Positions 1-14,949 are shown, numbered from the stretch's first letter. The stretch is 64,000 bases of DNA from the human T2T-CHM13v2.0 reference genome, Homo sapiens (GCF_009914755.1 NC_060929.1); one strand, 5' to 3'. The notes: a model not told the origin generated them from the sequence alone. Numbers and translations: made by a program.

Positions 1-1234
1 GGAAGAGATAATGAAAAATAGGTTGTGTATTCTGTCGTGTTTAGTTGCTCAAAGTCACACTAAGTCAAAATTACTCTTAAAATTTATGTTTAGAAGCCAT
101 GTAATATGAAATATAATGCTTAGAGCCACATTTATGGTGGCAATATTATCACACTATGTGAGCTCATAGAACTAAGGCCAACTGCAGAGAACAGAGATTT
201 AAATCTCTCAGAGCCTCATTGCATGTATTTTTCCAGAATATATGGTCATGAGTATAATGAGAGTGTATGGCCTGTATTTGTAAATTTATTTTTTGTTTCA
301 CTGTATTTGTTTGCTGAATATTGTTCTTAAATTTATCTGTTTTTATAATATTGTATAGTATTATAGACCAAATGTCTCTTTCACGTTTCATGTATCCCTA
401 GACTTACTTCAAAGGGAGGATATTTTAACTGTCATTATCTAAGGGGAGACTTTTTTTGTGGAAACTCACAAAGAGTTGCATAAATTAAGGTGTTACAAAC
501 TAGTCTGCTGACTTGTAAATCTATTGATTTCTATGTCTATTCAAACATACAAAAACGATGTCAACAATATCATTACCAGAAATTTATTTCCTCCCTCTCC
601 CTGCCAGCCTTTGAAAAACAATAATAAGCTCTGCTAATGATATAAAGGCTAATCAATTAAAATAGCTTCTGCTTTCAAAATCAGACTTGTCCTTTGAACT
701 CTTGTGCCATTTAACAAGTTTCTTTCCTTCAACACTGTAAAAGTACTAATTATGTAATACTACTATACATCACCACATAAATTGACTTTGGTTGCTACAA
801 AAAAAAGCAAGTGGTAGGTATGAGATCAACCTATGATTTTTACAGCAGATAAAAATTTCCATATGAATTATTTTAGCAATAAAAGATAGAGAAATGTTCA
901 GTTAGAAATTAATTCAGATTATAGTAATTAAAATTTGTACACCTGTACTATTCACAGAAATAAATTGCAAATTATCATTGCCCACTTCCTGACTGAGATT
1001 CCATTTATATAGTGTGCTAACTATAATTTTACAAACTCACCTGCCTAAATAAGTTTTACAGTCATTTTTAGTAATCACATAAATGGATAATACATTTTTA
1101 AGAGTTAAAAACCTATTCATTACTTTTGCTACCAATAAAATCAGCATTCCTAGGAATATGACAAAATTCTCAAATTTTGAAGAACAAATGAACATTTCAT
1201 TTTTTTTTTTGTTAGGGTAGTTACAGGCCATTAC

Positions 1235-1600
1235 TGCCTTAGTCAGTTTGGGCTGCTAGAACATACTACTGCAGATTCCGTGGCTTACACAGTAGAAATT
1301 TATTTCTCACAGTTCTAGAGCTGGAAAATCTAAGATCAAGACAATGCCAGATCTGTTGTCTGCTGAGGGCCCATTTTCTGGTTTGTAGACTGTTGTTATC
1401 TCTTTGTGTCCTCACATGGTGCAAAGAGAGAGATCATCTCTCTCAAGTCTCTTCATATAAGGACACCAATCCCTTTCATGAAAGCTTCCCTCTCATGATC
1501 TAATTGCCCCAGCAAAGGCTCTATTTCTAATAACTTCACATTGGAAATCTAGGCTTCAACACTTGAAATTTTAGGAGACCCAAACATTCAGTCTATAGCC
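1235..1600 (-). mobile_element. MaLR solo LTR, MLT1A/MLT1A0-like
   Basis: Starts TGCCTTAGTCAGTTTGGGCTGCT, contains TTTATTTCTCACAGTTCTAGAG and ends CAAACATTCAGTCTATAGC, the reverse complement of MLT1A termini. Confidence 0.85.
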
Positions 1601-4600
1601 AAAAAAAAAAAAAATGAAAGTTTAGTGATGCTAATAATGATATTTTTCTCTTCGGATTTCCTAAACAACTGAAAGGAGACATGCGTCCAGTGATCCAAAA
1701 TCCAGAGATTTGGGATACATTACAAAGAAAGATAGTACTTAAATATACTTCCTCTTCTTCTGCCCATTCCTTTTTCAAGTTCAGATTTTTTGGCCTATTT
1801 GTGAGAAAGTTAAATATCATATTTTGTTTAAATCTGCATGAAATATAAACATATTTTCTGCACCCAGAGAAGTGTGTGTGCATGTGCTTGTGTATGTGTG
1901 AATTTCTTTGCATCCTGTGAGCATAGAAGGATCAGTTAGATCCTATGTTTCCATCACTTACTGGCCAAACATAATAGCCTTTGACGCCAACTTCTTAGCG
2001 GATCCACCAATCCTCTTAGCCATCTCCTTGATGTTATGAGCAAGGAAGTAAGGGGAAAAGTGAGACCAGAAGAACTCTTATAGTTCTCCCCACTGCAATG
2101 ACTCAGAACTCACCTTCTATGGAAAGTTAATAATAAAAGCTAAGCAAATTCTTATTAATAACAATTTACAATTAATTCAGATTTAAATATGGCCTTGAGT
2201 AGATACGTGAAGGATGTAAAAATATTATTCATTTTTCCCCTATCACTCATGCATTGGTGTACTTCCCTTTTTTAATGTTATAACCGTCATCATCTCAAAG
2301 TCCTTCATTTTGTAAATCCCCTTCACATTTGCTACCTGCAAAGCCTCACATGATATAAGTCAATATTATTTTTTGAATCTATTTTTCTGTTTTTGATGTG
2401 GACACTACATAAAAATGAGTGGCTATTATTTAATATGGAGTAAACACTATATAAAAGTTGATTTAGTTATATTTTTGATAATAAGAAGTCATAGACTCTC
2501 GAGGTGAAAATGTAGAACCAAATGTATAAAGGCATTAACAGAGGAATTAGTTTATAAGATTTATTAGCAAACACCTATATATTTACAAAATCATGTATTC
2601 CAAATAATATATGTGATTTTCACACACTTGGAGTCAAACCAATAAGAATTAAGTTTATTATCAAAGAACTAAGAACCAAAAATTGATTGCCTCAGATCCC
2701 AAATTTCTTCCTTCCAAAACAATAACTTGACCATATAGAAATATGTATATGGGAAGTCTAAAAGGGAGAAGGGCAATGAGATATCCCATGAAATAACTTA
2801 TGCTCGCCCAAGGAGGTACTGGAAGGAAACTTGACAAGAGTCCAATAAACGTTGAGCCCTCAACAACAGAGGATAGAAAAGAATGTCATCAATATGTTTG
2901 GGTATGAATGGATATTTTTGTATAATATGCAGGTATCACACAGAGATCTGGTAAGTAATCTTGTACTGTCACTTCGGTGTTTTCACATGCCTTCCAAAAT
3001 CAACTTGAACTCTTCCAAAATAGGACACTCAATTAATGTATAATTAATTGTCTGTTTTGATATCATTTTGATATCATTTTGTTTCTTCCTTCAACGCCTC
3101 TACAAAACCAACACACCTTCTGGCTTTTTTAAAAGTAGCATACTCCTATGAAGATGCATAAATCCTTCATATTAGTGTTTGCCTAGCTGATTTTTGTTGC
3201 TCATTAGTGAAGCAGGAACCCAAGTAAGTGGGTTGTGCTCACTGTTTTTAAATTTGCATTTTAATAAAGAATAGACTGGAAAAGAACATAGCAGAATAAA
3301 ACAATACAATAGAACACAGTGCCATAGAGATAAAATATCATAGGAAATTACTCAGGTGCTTTGCAAGAATTACACATATTGCAGCAAGTGCTGTGGGAAA
3401 TTTGTAAGTGTGAAGTAAGCCAGCCAGTAAATGAGATGATACAACAAATTTGTTTCCTGACATGTCATATTTTATCGTGTGTGACACTTCCGGGTGAGGT
3501 CACCTTTGATCCTCCAGTTCATCCACCAGATTAACGTAGCTGCAAGTGGGAGCCTATGAGACCAGTAGAACAGCCTCCCAGACAATGCACATACATTCTA
3601 AAAGTAAAGACACAGACAAAATATTGGGAAGATTTACTCATGATGTTAAATGTGCTTTACAGAAAAAAATTACACATATATCTGAAACTTCATTAAGCTT
3701 TTTAATTCACGTTGTCTTCAGTTAGGTCAAGGTTGAAAGACCTACTTTATATGATGTGGTCGTGGTAAATAGCATTAATACTAATGAACTCAGAATATTA
3801 TTGGACATTTTTCTTATAGAATAATCTAATTTGATAATGTATAGTTCAGTATAATTATCCATCTTAACTAATTGAATAATTAAACTGCAAATATGTATTT
3901 TCTTTAGAAGGCAAGTCTTTAAACCAAACAAGTCAGATTTTAAAAAGTAAATGGATCTTATACCAAAATGTTATTTCTTAAAATTTTCAACATTCTCTAC
4001 TGGAAATTATATTTACTACATTTATATAGAAAAATGAAGTATAAGAGTAACTTTAACCCTGAAGTCGTGTTACTCTAATTGTTCTCACTAGTAATGTTCT
4101 CTTCAAAATATTTTAGCAATATTAAGAATGTATGAGGAATTACTTTTAAGTCTTGCTTTCTATTGACAATAATTTGAAGGTTTTTGGACATTTTGGATTC
4201 TTTGCTATACTAAATGTGTTGAAAAATATCATTTTTTTCTCCGTGTAGCTTCAAATTTAGCCTGTTAAGTATTCTGAAAACACCAGATGGGAATATGACA
4301 GAACTCCAGTGCCAGCTGGAAGAAGCTTGCTTTGGCCAAATTTGGGACAATTTAAACATCAAAAATAATAGTGATATTGATGAATTATAACACATGGAAT
4401 TAAAAGTTGGAAAAAGCACAACATTTTTTGAAATAAAATAATAACGATATATTAATCTTCTAAAAATATCAGCTGAATTCTAATTCAGAATGATAGATTT
4501 TCAAATTTGGGAAAGCAAGCACTATGTCAGATTAATGAGTTCTTGTCAGAGATACACTCTATATGTGGCTGCTTACTTTACCTTCATGTCATCTGTTACC

Positions 4601-4867
4601 TACGTTGGAAATTTTAATAGTTCAAAAAGTTAACTCACTACATATATTCTGAAGTAATCTGAGAATACTACACAAAACCACATACAAAGTACTTGTTGCC
4701 TACTCTAGATATACAATGGTTACTTGCATGTATTATAATAATGAAGATTATATATTTATGTAAACTTCAACAAGTAAATTTGTGGCCATGTATCAAAAAC
4801 CATTTAATAGTTGAGGAAATAAAATTTTAAGTAAATAACATTTTATTCTAGACAACAAGGATTTGGT

Positions 4868-5080
4868 TTTTTAGTGGTTAAAAGGAGACAGACTGCTGGA
4901 TTCAAATTGTGATGTTACTGACAAATATATAACTTAGGCATTGACTTATCTGCATTTTTATTTTGTAAAATAGGGTTGATTATTGTAAGTAGCTCAAAGT
5001 GATCTATGAAGAATAAATGGATTAATACCTTTAGAAACATAGAGCAGGGGTTAGTGTATAATAAATTCTCAATAGTTAGG
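4868..5080 (+). mobile_element. MIR SINE relic
   Basis: TAGTGGTTAAAAG...GCTGGATTCAAAT...TTTGTAAAATAGGGTTGAT...GAAGAATAAATGGATTAAT resembles a degenerate MIR core. Confidence 0.55.
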
Positions 5081-8000
5081 CCAAGCTAATAACAATTATT
5101 TATCTTTATATACCAGGAACTATGTTAAAATCTCTACAAATTTTAATATTACATTTCATTTTCATTGCCAGCTCTGTTTAGTATCAATGGCTCTATTTCA
5201 GTTATACGTGAAAGAGAGAGAAATAAAGCAGCCTGCCTATTTTTACATAATGACTAATTGGATAATATGGAGTTCAAACTCATTTTTATATAAAAGCAAA
5301 TTTTGTATTTTAATTAGTATAAAAATGTCCCACATGTGATGGACTCGGTTTTAAACATGATGGTTTGAGTTGCTTGTGGGAGAGTCAAGTACATGTGGTG
5401 TCGTGCTAATTAGTGAAACAAATTGCTTTACATTTTTTCCAGAAGTTCTCAAAAGACTATATCCCAGTTCTTAAAAATCACAAATAATATCGCAATTTTA
5501 TTTGCATATGAGATTTATTGGAGTTTGGCGGCTTTGAACCAGCATTACTGAAAGTACTACACATTTTTTCTAAAGGAAGTGAACATGAGAATGCCTGGTT
5601 CCTCTGGGTATTACCAGCTGCCAGCTTGAAAAATCAATGTGATAACTAAAATTGTAAAATGTAGCATTTAATTTGCTCTTATGGTCTGTTGATGAAGATA
5701 TTCATCCATGACAACACCTACCTGTCCATGGCTAATATTTCTTTAGCTACCCACAGTTGCTGAACAAGATTCACCCATCCATAAAACCTTTTTTCAATCT
5801 ATGTGGAAATCCACATATACTTAATGCATATACTTAAATGGAATCTTTATTCATACTTAAGCCTAAATAATCATGTGCAGAATGTCTTCACAATTATGAC
5901 CATATCAGATTATATGAGCAGAAATGATCGATTTTCTTGTTCTAAGAAATATCACGTTATATGGTTAGTTAATAAGCTCATTGAGTTAAGGAAGATTTTG
6001 AATGTTCTTTATCATCTCCAGTACAGTATTGCAAATGGAAAGAATCCCACTCATAATGCTTCCCATGAGTTCAACTTGTTATAATACTATTTTTTTTTCA
6101 ATTCAGGTGTGACCTTTCTAGACTGATTAAAGGATGTGTATACCCTTTCACTTTTAAGCAGTCCAATTACATTATGTAATTACAATGAGCCTACAAATGT
6201 ATATTTCTAAAGATTGTCAATAAAATTTCAAGGATAGTTTAGTTTTTTAATAGTTATGCTTATTTTTCATTGCACCACTTAGACATTTTAGGCATTACTT
6301 GTGTTAAAATAAATCAGCTACAATTTGTGGTAAATTTTATCATTGGACATCCACAAAAGTTATCATAACATCTAAAAGAGGATGCTAGTAGGAAGTGGAT
6401 GTAATGGTATATTTTTATGCCATTCTGTATGAAACAGATTTGCTATTAGTATTCTGTGAGAGTCTGCTTTACACTTGAGTCTTTTTTTCCACATAAGAAG
6501 ATTATATTTTGGGATATTTCTTTACTCAATATTAATTTAAGCAAAAATAAAAGTCTACAGCATCCTGACAAGCTGAATTCCCAATAGGGGAAATTCATTG
6601 GAATAAAAACCACAAAGTATTAATTGGATTTCTATGTTTCACATAAGTTAAAATGCATTTTACTTTAAAAGGCCCAGAGCTATATTGTTTATAAATATTG
6701 AAACTTAAGAAAGAATGTACACAAAGTTATTTGGAATTGCTTAATTCTAAGCTATTTTTTAAAATAGTTATAGGATTGATGTACTAGATTGTGTTATTGC
6801 CTCATTTTTTATTTTCTTTTTTTTGTATAAATACCCATTCTTTTGAGGTGTAAATTTTTCAGTGGCTCCCCCTGTCCCATTGATGCCAGACATGTCAGCA
6901 TATCACGGACATGAAGTGCTGGTGTACCTGATGAGATTAATATTGTTGGTTTTTACTCCTGAACTCTGTTGCTGAACCGAGAACATAATACACCCCAGAT
7001 ACTAATTGAAACTGACAGTTTTCTTCAGCCCGTACCCTAAAAAGAGACATGAATTTCACTGAGCAGCCCAAGATCAGGAAAGCCACAGCTGAACTTCAGA
7101 TCATTGTGTGAACCCTTTTTTTGAGAAGTATACAAAATAAAATTTTTGTAGAAAGATACTGAAACTTTATAGGTTATTTTTTCCTAACACAAATTGCTTA
7201 TACAGGTGATTTAATATAAATTTCTTTTTAGTTATAAAATATCACTTCTGTGAGACTATTTTTTTCAATGTTATCAACCTATAAGGTCACCACATTTTCA
7301 ATGTTTTTTCTTTTTATCTTCTCTCTTTCACTGACTAAATAACTGTTTTCTCTATATAGGCCAATACCTTAGAAAGACCTAACACTTCTAGAGCATTTTA
7401 AAGATAATTATTTTTTGGTAGTTATGAGTATTAGAAAGTTGAGAGAAAACACTGGAAATATGTGATAACTCATTTTTATTTTTAATATGATTCTATGAAT
7501 AGTAATAATCTTTATTTCAAATTACATTCTTTATATAGTATCTGAAATCCATTTCTGATACATCTCATTAGAAATGAACAGCAGTAGTTACATTCTTTTC
7601 AGTAATAAATCACCAATACTTTACCTGTTTCTAGAGGCACAAGTTTGAAAGAGGAATTCATCAATATATGAGATGCTATTTTAAGTTTTAATGAGTACAG
7701 TTTTGTGAAACTTAGCTACCTCACAAGAGCAATAAATATTTAATCAAATTGAGATGGGAAAGAGTAAAAAGCTACATGTATTCCTTGGGGAAAGATGAAA
7801 TACAAATTGATAGGAAGATAAAACCATATCTATACATTAAAATCTTTTTGTAAAGATACTTGGATTTACTTATCAGTCGTTTACAGTTTTGCTTAGGGAT
7901 TTGCTAAAATCAGCTATAGTTCCAAGGAAAACAGTAATTATTTTATTGAAACAAAAAAAATCTTGAAATACCCTGGACATGTAATATTTCTTTCCATGTT

Positions 8001-10569
8001 TATAATTGTGAGAAGTAGCATGACTTCAACACAGGAATAGCACTACATAAATGCATGTGGCTTCAGTGAATGGCAGGGGTAAAATTGTTCACTCTGCATG
8101 CAGGGGCTCATTTACAAGGTCCATTGCTGTCTGCACAGCTCATTTAGAATTTTGGGCTCCCATGTTGCAGCTTAGTAGAGAAAATACATATTATTTTTAA
8201 ATTATCAGTTATATAAAGATATAGATTACGCACATTCATATCTCTATATCTATACATCCGTTTATCTTTCTCTCTATATAATGTCTCCTTATATTAGTAC
8301 AAAGTATTAATTTTTTAGTATATTTCAAAGAGTAATTACGGTAATGCCCATAATTATCTAAGTTAAGCACAATATTAACAGGAGCAGCACTACATTTTTC
8401 TGTATACTGAAACCCTTTGGGAATTTTTTTTTTTAGTTCCTAGAGGGAAAAGTTGAAGATTTTAAAGCATCTTGTAGTCAGTTTCTTTTTAATATAATTT
8501 TGGTCAATAAATTGGTTTACTTTACATTTTAAATTTTTCCTATGTCAAGTTTATTTTTTCATGCCTGATTACTGTATTTCTGGAAAGACACAAACATAGA
8601 ACTTTCCCACAGAATCTTTTCACAAATTCATTATTTCTAAACTTTTTTCTCTTTTTAGTAAACAATTTCTTAAACACATGTCACACAGCCCAATTTATAT
8701 TTACCATGTTATTTAGGTTTTTTGGCATTGAATCACCACTGTTTTCCCTATTTCCTTTTCAAAAGTGACAACTGGACCTGGATGTTTCTAATAGGCTCAC
8801 CATTCCATGTAGCTTAGGTCCCATTCATTTAAAAGTTCAGTAAACATGAAGGCAGAAAATAAGTCAGAGGCTATTTTTTCACCTTAAGCACCCCCATCTT
8901 AATGTGACATAGGTAGGTGATCATTTCTAGCCAGATGAATGAACTTTCCTACTCTACAGGCTTCTGTACTTACATTCCAGGAACACAAAAATGGAGAGTA
9001 CTGATTATTGCAGAACTGATAGGACTAACGCCACAAATTTGCTTTCAAGTTTTAAGAGCTAATTTTCAAAATGAAATGGGCTGAGGACAGTTATTCTCAT
9101 GACTAAATATTAAATAATTATAAAAGAATACTGATAATTCCTAGGTATAGATAGTAATAATAAAGCCAACTTTCCTATTTGTAGTCTCAGTTTAATACAA
9201 ACCAGCTACTGTCCTTAACTTTAAAGCATATTTTATATACATATTTATCAATTAACCCCAATGATCTGCCTTTTCTCAGGTAATTAAGCCATGTGAAGAA
9301 ATGATATTACTCATAAAACAATGGAATTCTCTTGATGTCTTTCAGAATTGGCATTAATGGCATTTAAGTTTATGTAAAATGTGTCCATTGAAGCTTTTTT
9401 CTATCTCTACTTCTGCATACATATAATATGACTAATGTTGTTATGAATTACGTTAAATCACTTTCCATCATAGTTTTTTTGCTATGCAGAATTGAATAAT
9501 TTTAAATTGGAGACATAATATAATTTGCTTAGTATATTATTAACATATTATTTGTATTATAAAACTAGCATTAATCTACAGTGATTTCTTTTATCTCAAA
9601 TTTCCTCTGTGAATGTCCAATATACAGTATGCCTTCAAGACTCATTTTTAACAATAAAAATACAATTAATATATCATGGGTAGTATTATATTTGTCTACA
9701 TACAATTTGGTCAAAATATGCTTACAATAAATGTAAAAGTAGACAGAATGCAAAATTTTATATATGCCACACTACCTAATTTTGAATTTGGCATGAAATT
9801 TTACACACAATGTTGTCCCATCTATTTATTTTACAAATAATTATTGAATTTGTGCCACGTGAAATGTACTGTTTTAGATTTTGGAGTTATTGTAATTAAA
9901 TGTTTAAAACATTTCTAGCTTTATATTCTTTTCAAGCAAAATGGTGTTTAAAAGTATTTAAAATTAGGATTGATTCAGACATCATCAAAGTAAATTTTGA
10001 AACCATCAAAGTATTCCCTAATATTTTTAATTGAAATCAGAGATAATAAATTACTTTTATCAGATATATTTTATTATTTGTTTAAACATTAATTTTAGAT
10101 TTATATAAAATAAAACTATACATGTTGCAATTAAGCAATTAAAAATGTCAGTTCTAAGTGGAGATTTAAAAATGTTTACTTATAATTTCTTCTCTGAGCT
10201 TTCCAAAATATTTTCCACTTCTTTAGTTCATGCATCACTCACATTGTGAGTTGTTATTTAGCTCATCGTTGAACAAAGACCTACCATTATAAAAATATAT
10301 GTAAAATTCTACTTCCTACTGAAGTATTACAGTTAGAATTATTATTGAATAATACCCTTTTCTGTAATAAAATACATAATCATCTTGGAGTCTATTAGAT
10401 AGATTTTTCAATCTTCTAATCTGAAAAATTTCCCATATATTTTATTTTGTCTGAGGGAAAATTTTGACATCAGTCTTGCCATCTTTTCTGCACTTTTGCT
10501 TTCTTATCTATGAGTTGCTAACCACCTAACAAATTCTGAATTTATTTGATTTAATTTTAAATAAATCCA

Positions 10570-10810
10570 GGACTGTAGTATAGTCATTATGCACACAGGG
10601 TTTTAAGCCAGACAACTGGGAGCAAACTGAGATTTTAAAACTAACTAGATATTCCACCTTGAATAAGTCATTTGACTCTCCCATGACTCACTCAACTGTT
10701 CACAGGGGATACAAATGAGAATAAAATCTACTTCAAAAGATTATTCTGAAATAACTGAAATTTGTTTATATGAGTACTTAGGAAAGTATTTTGCACATAT
10801 AAATAGATAA
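10570..10810 (+). mobile_element. MIR SINE relic
   Basis: GTAGTATAGT...AAGCCAGACAACTGGG...ACCTTGAATAAGTCATTTGACTCTC...AAATGAGAATAAAATCTACTTC follows MIR motif order. Confidence 0.55.
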
Positions 10811-11418
10811 TACAAGGAATAAATTTTAATCTAGTTGAATACATCAACAATGGATATTGAAATAATAAGACAAACAAAAATCTCATCAAAGCTGTATCAA
10901 GAGAACATTAATCTTGCAAAAGTGATGGTTAATGGTGTGAATTATGTTGGCTTAAATGTTCTAGAAACTGTTAGAATGCACCTTAGCATACAATTTAGAA
11001 CTAGATTCAATGATTCTTCATTACTTAAAATGAACAATATGTTTTCTACTCACTTTAATGGGCAATTATGTTTAATATATAAATGTTAACTTTATAGTGT
11101 TTATAGCTCTCATGCAATAAAAATGTCTAAACTAAATTTTACTCTATATTACAGGGGGAAGTTCTTGCTTGACATATTTAATTTCAAGATAGTATATCAG
11201 TTAAGGTAGCAAAATAAGTTTTAATGTACTAAGCTCTGTAAATTAACAATGACAAACTAATTATGATGGTAGACGCATTGCCCTGACAAAGGTTATTCTG
11301 GCACTCTGTAAATCTGTAGTTAATAAATTCTTGTAATTTAGATTACAAGTCAATAATAGAAAAATCACTTACTGTTTTATTATTCACCTCCCCGCCCCCA
11401 TTATTGAGTTGTTCCACA

Positions 11419-11570
11419 CAGCTTCAGCTCCCCTAAACATCTGTCTGCTCTTCAAACATACCAAGGATGCTCCATTTGAACTCTCTACAACTGCTCCTCT
11501 TACAGTGAGAATCTTCTTTCCCCAGATTTTGAATGTTTTGCTCCTTCACATCAATCAAAAATATTTGCTC
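11419..11570 (+). repeat. Local duplicate (block A) of L2-like sequence at 13767-13916
   Basis: 40-bp exact match 11509-11548 = 13856-13895, with strong similarity on both sides. Confidence 0.9.
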
Positions 11571-11961
11571 ACTTTCATTCTTATCCATGTGCCAGAAGTC
11601 AATAATTACTCTACCATAATTATTCTATAAACCGGGATTATTATTGCAGCAAAATTATATCTGCCAAGGAGGATTTCATATAAATAAATGTTTCTCAGTC
11701 ATCATTCTAGATAATATTGTAAATGTCTATTAAAATTAAGTGTTCACTGTTCATAAAGCTTAAGTTACCTTAAACAATTTTTTGGTAGAGAATTTCTTAA
11801 TATGTTCACAATTAAACGGTTAATGTGCCTAAATTTTCAAATTTGTACAGACAGAATACTTCCTTTCAGAAAGCAATTACATTCAACAATGTTTACAACA
11901 ACTATAAGGAAACATATATCAACCATTGAATAAAGCGTAGGAAAGTACATTCAAATGGCTA

Positions 11962-12112
11962 TTAATCTGGGATGATATACAAAGGGTATAATTCAAGCCT
12001 TTTTAGACATATAGAGTTATAATCTCTTCTCTTTATAATGTCATAATGTCATGATAGTTTAAATGGCATATGTTAACCATAGTTAATAAAACAATTCAAA
12101 AACATAGATAAA
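11962..12112 (+). repeat. Local duplicate (block B) of 14143-14293
   Basis: TCTGGGATGATATACAAAGGGTATAATTCAAGC...CATGATAGTTTAAATGGCATATGTTAACCATA aligns with TCTGGGATGTTATACAAATGGTATAATCCAAGC...CATGATGGTTTAAATGTTATATGTTAACCATA. Confidence 0.85.
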
Positions 12113-12569
12113 GGCTATAACATTCAACAATGTTTAGAACAACTATGGGGGAACCCTCTCAGAATTAGAAAAAAATAATGGATTAGTGTCTTGTCTAAGG
12201 GACAACATTAATTATATAAGAAAAATTGTGTTTTGTTTCAAAATTTATCTCTTGCTGGATTTAAAAAATATTTAAATGAAGATTATTACTAAAGAGGTAG
12301 CAGCTTTTTATGGTTTAATATGTTTTTAAATAATGAAAATTATCCTTTCTAATAGCTCAGTTTCAAACACTATATTCTTTAATAAAGAAGAGAACACATT
12401 TCAAAAAGTATGTCATATCAAAAAAAATTGTCCACTCAGACTCCACAATAGGTACAAAGTCAGAGTAAAATGCCATACAGCCACCAAAACCTAAATGCAT
12501 TTTCTGATCTACATCTAGTGACATTTTTTGATGTTATTTACTATGACTGTTCGTCTAATTTACTTATCT

Positions 12570-13150
12570 TGTATTAGTTATCTACTAGTGCATAAAAACT
12601 TGCCCCCAAATATCAGTGGATTTAAACAGCACACATGTATTATCTTAAAATCTGTTGGCCTAGAATCCAGACAGTTCATCTGGCTGCTCTGTTTCAGGTT
12701 TATTCACACAGTTACCATCAAATTGTCAGCCAGGGCTAAGGTCGCATCTGAAGATGTGATTAATGAAGGATCCACTTATAAGCTTACTCATGTGCTTTTT
12801 TTCAGAATTCAGCTTCTTGGAGCTGGTGAACTGTGGATATCAGTTTATTGCTATCTATTAGCTAGACTGTGCTCAGTCTCTTGCCACATGGTCCTCGCTA
12901 TTGCTCTGTCCACATGATAGCTTGCTTCATCAACACAAAGATGACATCTCACGTACACAAACAAAAATAGAGAGAGAGAGAGAATCACAGTCATTTAAAA
13001 TCTAATCTTGAAAGTGGCATCTTATCACTTTTGCCACATTATATTTATTCAAAGCAAGTTACTAAACACAGCCCTCAATCAAGTAGAGGGGATTACACAG
13101 GTCATAAATACAGGAGGCAGGGATGATTGAAAGTCATTTTAGAAGAATGT
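12570..13150 (-). mobile_element. MaLR solo LTR, MLT1E/MLT1F-like
   Basis: TGTATTAGTTATCTA start, CTAATCTTGAAAGTGGCATCTTATCACTTTTGCCACATT and GATTACACAGG...ATACAGGAGGCAGGGATGATTG motifs. Confidence 0.75.
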
Positions 13151-13151
13151 T

Positions 13152-13750
13152 CAAAGTAACTAAAAGTGGAACTACCATTTGATCTGGCATTCCCACTGCT
13201 GGGTATATACCCAGAGGAAAATAAGTCATATAAAAAAGACACTTGCACACGCATGTTTATAACAGCACAATTCGCAATTGTGAAAATATAGCACCAGCCT
13301 AAAGGCCCATCAACCAATAAGTCAATAAAGAAAATGTGATATATATACCATGGAATTCTACTCAGCAATAAAAAGGAATGAAATAATGGCATTCACAGCA
13401 ACCTGGATGGAGCTGGAGTTATTATTACTCTAAGTGAAGTAACTCAGTAATGGAAAACTAAACACTGTATGTTCTCACTTATAAATGGGATCTAAGCTGT
13501 GAGGACTCAAAGGCATAAGGATGATATAATGAACTCTGGGGACTCAGGGAAGAGTGGGAGAGATGTGAGGGATAAAAAACTACACATTGGTTACAGCGTA
13601 CACTGCTTGGGTGATGAGTGGATAAAAATCTGAGAAATCACCACTAAACAACTTATCCAGGTAACTAAACACCACCTGTTCCTTCAAAACTATTACAATA
13701 ATAATATAAATAAATAAGTAAATAAATAGACATCTGTTGAAAAAAAAAAA
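13152..13750 (+). mobile_element. 5'-truncated L1 (L1PB-like): ORF2 end, 3'UTR and poly(A)
   Basis: GAACTACCATTTGATC...GGGTATATACCCAGAGG...GAAATCACCACTAAA...ACCACCTGTTCC, then A-rich tail. Probable TSD AGAA(G/T)AATGTT at 13141-13151 and 13751-13761. Confidence 0.9.
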
Positions 13751-13764
13751 AGAATAATGTTGCC

Positions 13765-14120
13765 CTCAGCTTCAGCTCCTCTAAACATCTGTCTGCTTTT
13801 CCACCACATCAAGGATGCTCCCACTTGAAGTCTACAACTGGTCCTCCTACTGTAGGAATCTTCTTTCCCCAGATTTTGAATGTTTTGCTCCTTCATATCA
13901 ATGAAGAGGTTACTCAAATTTTACGAGATCACAGACCTTCCTAGAATATCATACTTAAAATAATATCTAACATGGTATTTGCCAATTCCAACCATTGCTT
14001 CACTCTTTCTTGTACCATGTCATAGTTGTACAGTACTTAATATCATCTTACATATTTTACATTTACCTAAAACAGCAACTCTAAGAGCATAGAGAACAAA
14101 ATGACTAAATGAACAAATGA
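13765..14120 (+). mobile_element. L2 3' relic (probable donor of block A)
   Basis: L2-like pyrimidine-rich tract ending in an AATGACTAAATGAACAAATGA tail. Confidence 0.45.
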
Positions 14121-14840
14121 AAGAAAAACCTTTAACAATAATCAGTCTGGGATGTTATACAAATGGTATAATCCAAGCATTTTTATAGAAAGTTAACATC
14201 TTTTCTCTATTCTTTGTAATGTCAAATCTTCATGATGGTTTAAATGTTATATGTTAACCATAATGAATGCAACAATACAAACACACAGATAAATTTTACT
14301 CCTGAAAACTTTTCACAGTGAATCAAATGCAAACAGTTATAAAACTGTATATAGAATTATTATTTGATTACACATGTAAGAAAGGTAAATATGAAGATAG
14401 ATGTTCTTGAAATGGCTTATCTGGAAGTTATATCATGTTTGCTTGCTTTTAATCGTCTGTGTTTTCTATCCTGCCTAGAAAATGTATCATGTTGCACCGG
14501 GTATTGAAATTAATAATGTGTACCGTTAGTAGTCTTAAAATTATTTTACACGTTTTACTTGTTATAATTTTTTGTATGATATAAAATGGAGGAGAATAAA
14601 AAAGAAATATGAAAATAAAATTTTAGAATAATACTTATCAAATATCCTTTATGTCCTGAGTATTATATTATGTATTTTATATGCATTATCTCTTTTAAAT
14701 AAAACCACAAAATTTAAATAAATATTACCTTCCTTAAGTTTGTGAAGAAATTGGAGTTTGAACAAATTGAGATTTCTTTTTCCAATCTGGTAAAATAACA
14801 CAATTTTTTTATATGTTACTTTATTAATATACTAACTACC

Positions 14841-14907
14841 TGTATTAGTCAGGGTTCTCCAAAGAGACTGAATCAATAGGATAGATAGATGATGGATGGA
14901 TAGGTGA

Positions 14908-14949
<42 letters not shown>

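Noticed and set aside
3055-3081. Short tandem TTTTGATATCA duplication, and TCTGTAAAGAGG duplication at ~16515-16542
   Set aside because: Ordinary slippage duplications with no wider structure.
5500-5507. Octamer ATTTGCAT (also at ~59743)
   Set aside because: Expected by chance in 64 kb of AT-rich DNA, with no snRNA gene or composite motif nearby.
1-11300. Long repeat-poor AT-rich stretch searched for exons or RNA genes
   Set aside because: No convincing coding signal, spliced exon or structured RNA is visible. Small exons cannot be excluded without alignment.
12528-12917. 129-aa ORF
   Set aside because: It lies almost wholly within an MLT1 LTR and resembles no protein I recognise.
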